Of a stretch of DNA of 58,904 nt, positions 53,962 through 58,904 are shown in pieces. The notes under the pieces were generated by a model, which was not told the DNA's origin, ran no database searches, and saw only the letters and a list, made by a program, of their open reading frames with translations. Position 1 is the stretch's first letter. The number at the start of each line of letters is the position of its first letter. Made by a program: the position numbers and the translations under genes. This stretch comes from a virus (lineage: Duplodnaviria; Caudoviricetes): positions 1-58,904 of the IMG/VR virus record IMGVR_UViG_3300034056_000017. The stretch is one strand, 5' to 3'.

Positions 53962-56293
53962 CCTTCACGAGTATCAAAAAAAAGCGATACTTCATCAGCT
54001 TTATAGTCCTGATTCAATGTTACAATTGAAACCAGGATTAGGGAAAAGTTGTATCACCCTGACCTCGATCGCCCACCGCATGGCTGCCGGCCAGATCAAG
54101 AAGACTCTGGTGGTCGGTCCCCTGCGTGTCATCCACGGCGTCTGGCGCAGGGAGGCGAGGAAGTGGTCGCACCTGCAGCACCTGCGCTTCACCGTGCTGC
54201 ACGGCGACAAGCGCACCCGCCTCGAGCGCCTGATCAACAACGGCTTTGATATCGCCCTGATCAACTACGAGAACCTCTCCTGGTTGGCCGACGAGCTGAA
54301 GGCGCGCTACCTGGACCGCGGTCACCCACTGCCGTTCGACATGGTGGTCTACGACGAGGTCACCCGGATGAAGAACTCGACGTCCAAGCGCGGGGCTGCC
54401 TGGCGCAAGCTGACGCCGCACTTCAAGTTCCGCACCGGGCTCACCGGGACGCCGGCCGCCAACGGCTACATCGACCTGCACGGTCAGTACCTGGTGGTCG
54501 ACGGCGGCCAGCGCCTCGGCACCCACGTCACGCACTTCCGGGACGCCTACTTCGAGTCCGACTACATGGGCTGGAGCTATGCCCCCACCGAGCTGGGTAA
54601 GCGCGCCATCGAGCAGAAGATCTCCGACATCACCATCAGCATGGACGCCAAGGATCTGCTGAAGATGCCGGAGCTGCAGTTCCACGACATCATGGTCGAC
54701 CTGCCGCCTGCGGTGATGACCCGCTACCGCGAGGTCGAGGACGACATGTTCACCCGGTTGGACTGCGGCACCGAGATCGAGGTGTTCAACCAGGCCAGCG
54801 TGTCGAACAAGTGCCTGCAGATGGCCAACGGTGCAGCCTACCTGCAGCCTGGCTGTCCTGAGTGGGCGCACGTCCACGACGAGAAGCTCGAGGCGCTGGA
54901 CAGTCTGATCGAAGAGTCGGCCGGCAACCCGATCCTGCTCGGGTATCAGTTCAAATCCGACGCACAGCGAATCATGGAGCGGTACAAGCGGTTGAAGCCG
55001 GTGAACCTGACCGAGGTCAAGGGTAAGCAGATCGAGACCGTCATCAACAACTGGCAGGCTGGGAAGATCCCGCTGATGATCGGGCATCCGGCGTGTCTTG
55101 GTCCCGACACGGAAGTGTTGACAGAATGTCGAGGATGGGTGAATATCGTTGACGTGGTATCAACGGACAGGGTGTTCGATGGTGTTGATTTCGTGAACCA
55201 CGGTGGCGCCATGTACTCGGGGTTCAAACCGACCATCGATGTTCTCGGTATCACAATGACACCAGACCACAAACTGTGGATCAACGGAGAATGGGTGGAG
55301 GGAAAAGATGTTCGAGATTCTTTGCATATTAGGTGCGAAGCCGCGCGGCTCAAAAGGGAAATTGATAACCGTCTGCTTGGCGAAGTGTCTCACATGCGGG
55401 GAAGTGTCGGAGATGTTTCGACAGAACGCAGTGAAGAGCAACCGGAAGAATCAATCACACTGCAAGCACTGCATCAGGCAGACGTATCACAACATGACAA
55501 ACACCCGTATATACGGGATATGGCGCGGTCTCAAGTGCAGAGTGAAAGACCTGACGGATCGAAATTATGGGGCACGGGGGATCGGTGTCTGCGAGCGGTG
55601 GGGCAGCTTTCGGAACTTCTACGAGGACATGTCGCCAAGTTACTCGGACGACCTGACAATCGAGCGCATCGATGTGAACGGCCCTTACTCGAGAGAGAAC
55701 TGCCGGTGGGCAACCAACATGGAGCAACAGTCGAACAAGCGCAACAACAGGGTGCTGGTCTATTGCGGGGAGGAGATGCACCTCGCGGAACTGTGTCGTC
55801 GATCGGGCGTCAGCAAGATGATGATGTTGATGCGATTGAACAGAGGGATGACAGCAGAACAGGCGGTAGAGGATGCGAAGACCTCCCCTTACGGCAAGAG
55901 TCAACGCACGGTGAATATCCGTCGACGCGAAAGGCGCATGTCTACGACATCGTCGACTGTGGTCCAAGACACCGGTTCGTCGTAAGAAATGATGCGGGTG
56001 AGGTGTTCATTTCGCACAATTCTATGGGCCACGGCATCGATGGTCTGCAGGATACCGGCGGAACGCTGGTCTGGTTCGGCCTGCCCTGGAGCCTCGAGCT
56101 GTACGATCAGATGATTTGCCGGCTGTACCGGCAGGGCGGCATGAACAAGGTCATCGTCTACCGGCTGATGGCTCGCGACACACTGGACTTGGCGGTGGCG
56201 GACGCGCTCGCTAGGAAGGACTCAACGCAAGAAGGTCTGAAGGTTGCCATTAACAATTACAGGAGGCGTCATGGGCTGGAGCACCAGTGCTGA
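53945..56293 (+). CDS. SNF2-family helicase, intein-containing (473 aa after splicing)
   Basis: PGLGKS, VVYDE, GLTGTP; spliced motif HPA|SMGHGIDGLQ; QMICRLYRQG. Confidence 0.92.
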   Translation: MLQPADLHEYQKKAILHQLYSPDSMLQLKPGLGKSCITLTSIAHRMAAGQIKKTLVVGPLRVIHGVWRREARKWSHLQHLRFTVLHGDKRTRLERLINNGFDIALINYENLSWLADELKARYLDRGHPLPFDMVVYDEVTRMKNSTSKRGAAWRKLTPHFKFRTGLTGTPAANGYIDLHGQYLVVDGGQRLGTHVTHFRDAYFESDYMGWSYAPTELGKRAIEQKISDITISMDAKDLLKMPELQFHDIMVDLPPAVMTRYREVEDDMFTRLDCGTEIEVFNQASVSNKCLQMANGAAYLQPGCPEWAHVHDEKLEALDSLIEESAGNPILLGYQFKSDAQRIMERYKRLKPVNLTEVKGKQIETVINNWQAGKIPLMIGHPACLGPDTEVLTECRGWVNIVDVVSTDRVFDGVDFVNHGGAMYSGFKPTIDVLGITMTPDHKLWINGEWVEGKDVRDSLHIRCEAARLKREIDNRLLGEVSHMRGSVGDVSTERSEEQPEESITLQALHQADVSQHDKHPYIRDMARSQVQSERPDGSKLWGTGDRCLRAVGQLSELLRGHVAKLLGRPDNRAHRCERPLLERELPVGNQHGATVEQAQQQGAGLLRGGDAPRGTVSSIGRQQDDDVDAIEQRDDSRTGGRGCEDLPLRQESTHGEYPSTRKAHVYDIVDCGPRHRFVVRNDAGEVFISHNSMGHGIDGLQDTGGTLVWFGLPWSLELYDQMICRLYRQGGMNKVIVYRLMARDTLDLAVADALARKDSTQEGLKVAINNYRRRHGLEHQC
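55094..56020 (+). mobile_element. Intein (309 aa) inserted in SNF2 motif V
   Basis: N-term CLGPDTEVLT, block B MTPDHKL, block F VYDIV, C-term ISHN followed by Ser+1. Confidence 0.93.
55308..55985 (+). CDS. HNH-type homing endonuclease encoded in the +1 frame inside the intein
   Basis: GGAGG 6 nt before ATG; CLTCG, CKHC, YGARGIGVCERW, TIERIDVNGPYSRENCRWA, C-terminal HTH; same family as 24300..25022. Confidence 0.88.
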   Translation: MFEILCILGAKPRGSKGKLITVCLAKCLTCGEVSEMFRQNAVKSNRKNQSHCKHCIRQTYHNMTNTRIYGIWRGLKCRVKDLTDRNYGARGIGVCERWGSFRNFYEDMSPSYSDDLTIERIDVNGPYSRENCRWATNMEQQSNKRNNRVLVYCGEEMHLAELCRRSGVSKMMMLMRLNRGMTAEQAVEDAKTSPYGKSQRTVNIRRRERRMSTTSSTVVQDTGSS

Positions 56294-56687
56294 CTTCGGT
56301 CGGGTAAGTATCGACGAGCCGGAGATTGAGAGAGAAACCATCTACTGTCCGCAGGTCCGCTTCGGTGGTAAGACGCCGGATCGCCCCACCATGCGCCAGA
56401 GCGAGTGCCAGCGGCGCATCGACACGAAGGCGGAGTGCAGCCTCAAGTGCCCGGTCGCAACCGGTGCGCCGGTGGAGGAGACGCGCGACCCGCGCTTCGG
56501 TCGGTGCGCCTGCGGCCGGTGGTACGACACAGCGAAGCTGAGCATGTGCAGCATCTGCCGGGTGGACGAGCTGATGAAGATCGAGCGGGACAAGAAGGTT
56601 CTGAACAGGTTGAAGGATCGGCGCAAGGCTGAGCTGCGCCGGCATGACAATTTGTTCAAGAAGTACGGCGGCGAACTAACCGGATGA
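56271..56687 (+). CDS. Cys-rich hypothetical protein (possible late regulator)
   Basis: AGGAGG RBS; CACG...CSIC; last gene of the replication arm. Confidence 0.55.
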   Translation: MGWSTSADFGRVSIDEPEIERETIYCPQVRFGGKTPDRPTMRQSECQRRIDTKAECSLKCPVATGAPVEETRDPRFGRCACGRWYDTAKLSMCSICRVDELMKIERDKKVLNRLKDRRKAELRRHDNLFKKYGGELTG

Positions 56688-56825
56688 GGGAGTAGCCGTC
56701 GTCATCCTCGTCGATGACCACGTCGTGCGTCGACAGATCGACGACCAGCATGAACCGGTCGCCGTTGTCGCAGACGTAACTGCAGGTCTTGCAGACATCA
56801 CCGAAGAGGTGACAACCGACCGGGA

Positions 56826-57185
56826 TCAAAAGTTTGATCCGATCCCAAGCAGCGCACCCGCACGGACACCCGCATATCCCCACTGCTTGGTGATCCACCA
56901 GCTTGTGGTGCCAACGTCCTCGCGGAACATCCGATCAGCCCACGCGCGCTGCTCTGCGTTCTCTGCCATCAGGCACCGGAAGTCGTGGCGGCAGGAGGCG
57001 ATGGGGTGGTTCCACCGGGGGAAGGTGAAGGAGAGGAGGCCTGCGCTGTGCCCGTTCCACATGAAGTTCCTCGGGACGCGCTCCTCCCCGACGTACCCCG
57101 GCCACATGGGGCAGGGCAGACTCATGTCGAGCGCGCGCCACATGTCCCCCTTGCCGGGGACGTTGCGCATGTGGATGACGGTCAT
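56826..57185 (-). CDS. DUF1353-like protein
   Basis: VPRNFMWNGHS...ASCRHD...ADRMF...YAGVR. Confidence 0.6.
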   Translation of the reverse strand: MTVIHMRNVPGKGDMWRALDMSLPCPMWPGYVGEERVPRNFMWNGHSAGLLSFTFPRWNHPIASCRHDFRCLMAENAEQRAWADRMFREDVGTTSWWITKQWGYAGVRAGALLGIGSNF

Positions 57186-57451
57186 TACGGTTTGACGCCG
57201 ACCGCACCGAGCGTCTTGGCCGCCTCAAGCACCTCAGCCAGGGACGGCAGCTTCTCGCTGGTCTTGCTGCCGAGGAGGTCGGCGCTGGCGTGACAGATCT
57301 GGAACTGACCAGCCTCGAGGGAATGGAACAGACTGCTCCAGTTTCCATGGCAGCTAATCGGTTCGATCTTACCGTTGATCATGCCATACTCGTACCTCAC
57401 ATCAGCAACAACGCAGCCGGTGAGGAATAGACACAGAATAGCAACCCGCAT
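57185..57451 (-). CDS. Lipoprotein in the lysis cassette (spanin-like candidate)
   Basis: Lipobox MRVAILCLFLTG-C. Confidence 0.6.
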   Translation of the reverse strand: MRVAILCLFLTGCVVADVRYEYGMINGKIEPISCHGNWSSLFHSLEAGQFQICHASADLLGSKTSEKLPSLAEVLEAAKTLGAVGVKP

Positions 57452-57453
57452 AG

Positions 57454-57603
57454 CTACCTCCGCAATAACTTCCCGATAAACAGATAGATGAAGTGCAGCA
57501 CCCCGTTACTCTTGACGCGATTCATGAATGGCATGCACTCACTGGCGGCAGCGTAGGCGGCAACAGCGAGGACGACCCAGTTGTCCTGCAGGAACTCAGC
57601 CAT
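57454..57603 (-). CDS. 49-aa membrane peptide, holin-like
   Basis: MAEFLQDNWVVLAVAAYAAASECMPFMNRVKSNGVLHFIYLFIGKLLRR. Confidence 0.6.
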   Translation of the reverse strand: MAEFLQDNWVVLAVAAYAAASECMPFMNRVKSNGVLHFIYLFIGKLLRR

Positions 57604-57742
57604 TGTCCTCGAGTCCTTCCTGCTTTGGCGGCGACGGGGTGAAAGGCTTCCGGCACTGGTCGCAAGCGGCCGAGTAGCTCTTGCCGCATTGACGGCAGAT
57701 CCGATTGATCCCTGTCCCACGGTGGTCTGGTGTGGTCCTCAT
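57596..57742 (-). CDS. 48-aa Zn-ribbon peptide
   Basis: CRQCG...CDQC; fills the gap between endolysin and holin-like gene. Confidence 0.45.
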   Translation of the reverse strand: MRTTPDHRGTGINRICRQCGKSYSAACDQCRKPFTPSPPKQEGLEDNG

Positions 57743-58167
57743 ACCGGCAGACCCTTCGGCCACCTGAAGCCAAGCACATCGGAGCGCCGGAACTCAGCAA
57801 CGCTCACCCGGTCACCCTGGTTGCCTCCGAGCAGCTTGATCATGCCGTTGCGGCCGTCGCCCATGAAGAAGCCAACATGTCCGGCCGTCGGGGAGCTGCC
57901 GCGCTGCAGGACCACGACGCACCCCTCGGTCGGCTGCGTCAGGGCGTAGCCCCAGTCGAGCCAAGAGCGAGCGTTAGCACGCCTGGTGCCGACGTAGCCG
58001 CCGTGGTAGACGCACCAGTTGGCGAACGAGCTACACCAGGGCGTCTCGTCATCGGTGGCCTTGAGCGTACACATGGCGTGGTACTCGATGATCCTGGGGT
58101 TATGTTCCGCGCCCGGGATCTCCGCCTGACCCAGCTCCCCTTCCGCTATCCTCATCCATGGAAGCAT
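57739..58167 (-). CDS. Endolysin, TIGR02594 / NlpC-P60-like cysteine peptidase
   Basis: PWMRIAEGELG, DDETPWCSSFANW, GHVGF, LGGNQ. Confidence 0.88.
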   Translation of the reverse strand: MLPWMRIAEGELGQAEIPGAEHNPRIIEYHAMCTLKATDDETPWCSSFANWCVYHGGYVGTRRANARSWLDWGYALTQPTEGCVVVLQRGSSPTAGHVGFFMGDGRNGMIKLLGGNQGDRVSVAEFRRSDVLGFRWPKGLPV

Positions 58168-58556
58168 CAGTCACCCGCCCTTCGATGACCGTGGAGGGAG
58201 CCATCAGCAAGCATCTGCTTGAGGGCCATCGCTCCGGGGCAGTGATCGCCCCGGTTATCGTGCTCCCCCCGCAGGGCTGTCAGCCTCCGGTCCACGTCAT
58301 TGATCCGGTCATAGATGTTGTCGGCCAGCTCGATGTGGCGCTGGTCCATGCGGTCGACGATGCCGGCCAGCTTGTCCATGCCTTCGTGCATCGTCTCCTC
58401 CAGCTTATCGATCGCCTTAGTCAGCCTCCGCTCGACCTGGGTGCCACCGTCTCGGATGTTGCTCAGATAGAGCGCCCCCACCCCGATCAAGCCGCTACCC
58501 AGGATCGAGATGATCGCCAGGGCAGCACCAGGGTTCTCGGCAATGAACTGCTGCAT
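58167..58556 (-). CDS. TM plus coiled-coil protein (holin/lysis accessory)
   Basis: Single TM then coiled coil; upstream of the endolysin; AGGAGG RBS. Confidence 0.65.
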   Translation of the reverse strand: MQQFIAENPGAALAIISILGSGLIGVGALYLSNIRDGGTQVERRLTKAIDKLEETMHEGMDKLAGIVDRMDQRHIELADNIYDRINDVDRRLTALRGEHDNRGDHCPGAMALKQMLADGSLHGHRRAGD

Positions 58557-58648
58557 CGTCGCCTCCTACACGGTCGCAAGTTTAACGAGCAAAGCGATCG
58601 ATGCTGCAACGAGCAGCAAACCAATCATCAGTTTATCTTCGCGGCACA

Positions 58649-58904
58649 TTACTGAAACGCTCCTACGGCCTGCAGCATGGTGCCGGACGGGTTGCCGTTG
58701 AGGTCGTAGGCAGTCACCACCGCGGTCGGCCAGGGCAGCAGGTTGCCGTCCTGATCGCGCTCGTTGGACTGCCAGATCGTGGAGAAGTTCGGCGTGTCGT
58801 TCTTCGGCAGCTTGGCCATCTGCTCCGGGGTGAGCATGATCGAGAAGTAGGTGTCGCCGTTCACGTCGGTGAGCATCGGCGTGCTGCACTGCTCGTACCT
58901 CTCC
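58649..58904 (-). CDS. Hypothetical late protein, possibly 5'-truncated by the window edge
   Basis: Frame is open to the right edge (ERYEQCSTPMLTDVNGD...). Confidence 0.5.
   Translation of the reverse strand, partial: ERYEQCSTPMLTDVNGDTYFSIMLTPEQMAKLPKNDTPNFSTIWQSNERDQDGNLLPWPTAVVTAYDLNGNPSGTMLQAVGAFQ

Noticed and set aside
55308-55985. Sequencing frameshift explanation for the out-of-frame HNH
   Set aside because: The helicase/intein frame is uninterrupted from Cys1 to the terminal His-Asn, and the HNH has its own RBS, start and stop. Two compensating errors would be needed; read-level confirmation is still advisable.
1-58904. Possible circular join of the two window ends into one gene
   Set aside because: Joining the ends puts the two truncated minus-strand ORFs out of frame and I saw no terminal repeat; some sequence is probably missing between them.

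Overview
A near-complete ~59 kb dsDNA tailed phage genome, probably podovirus-like. No integrase, repressor switch or host genes are visible, and both window ends cut through minus-strand genes of the same late tail/lysis arm. The late arm (minus strand, ~35.7 kb to 1, continuing from 58.9 to 56.7 kb) encodes terS/terL, portal, scaffold, an N4-gp56-type major capsid protein, adaptor/nozzle, ejection proteins, a 3683-aa polyvalent protein, tail fibres/spikes and a lysis cassette. The early arm (plus strand, 36.1-45.5 kb) is many small ORFs behind strong sigma70 promoters. The replication module (45.7-56.3 kb) has a primase-helicase, DUF2800 nuclease, DUF2815 SSB, family B-type polymerase, VRR-NUC and an SNF2 helicase. 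The most striking theme is genes hidden in the +1 frame of other genes. (1) The giant protein is built from effector-like modules (HExxH peptidase, Cys-rich unknown enzyme, zeta-toxin-like kinase, two ADP-ribosyltransferase-like domains) separated by a recurring (V/I)xYSxR linker. It carries four nested +1-frame ORFs with candidate RBSs, one directly behind the zeta-toxin domain as a candidate overprinted antitoxin. (2) The SNF2 helicase contains a 309-aa intein whose HNH endonuclease is encoded out of frame with its own RBS. The non-coding DNA also holds a duplicated structured leader ahead of two late operons, a three-way-junction RNA candidate upstream of the terminase genes, and early promoters with a palindromic operator. 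All family assignments come from motif recognition by eye, not database searches.
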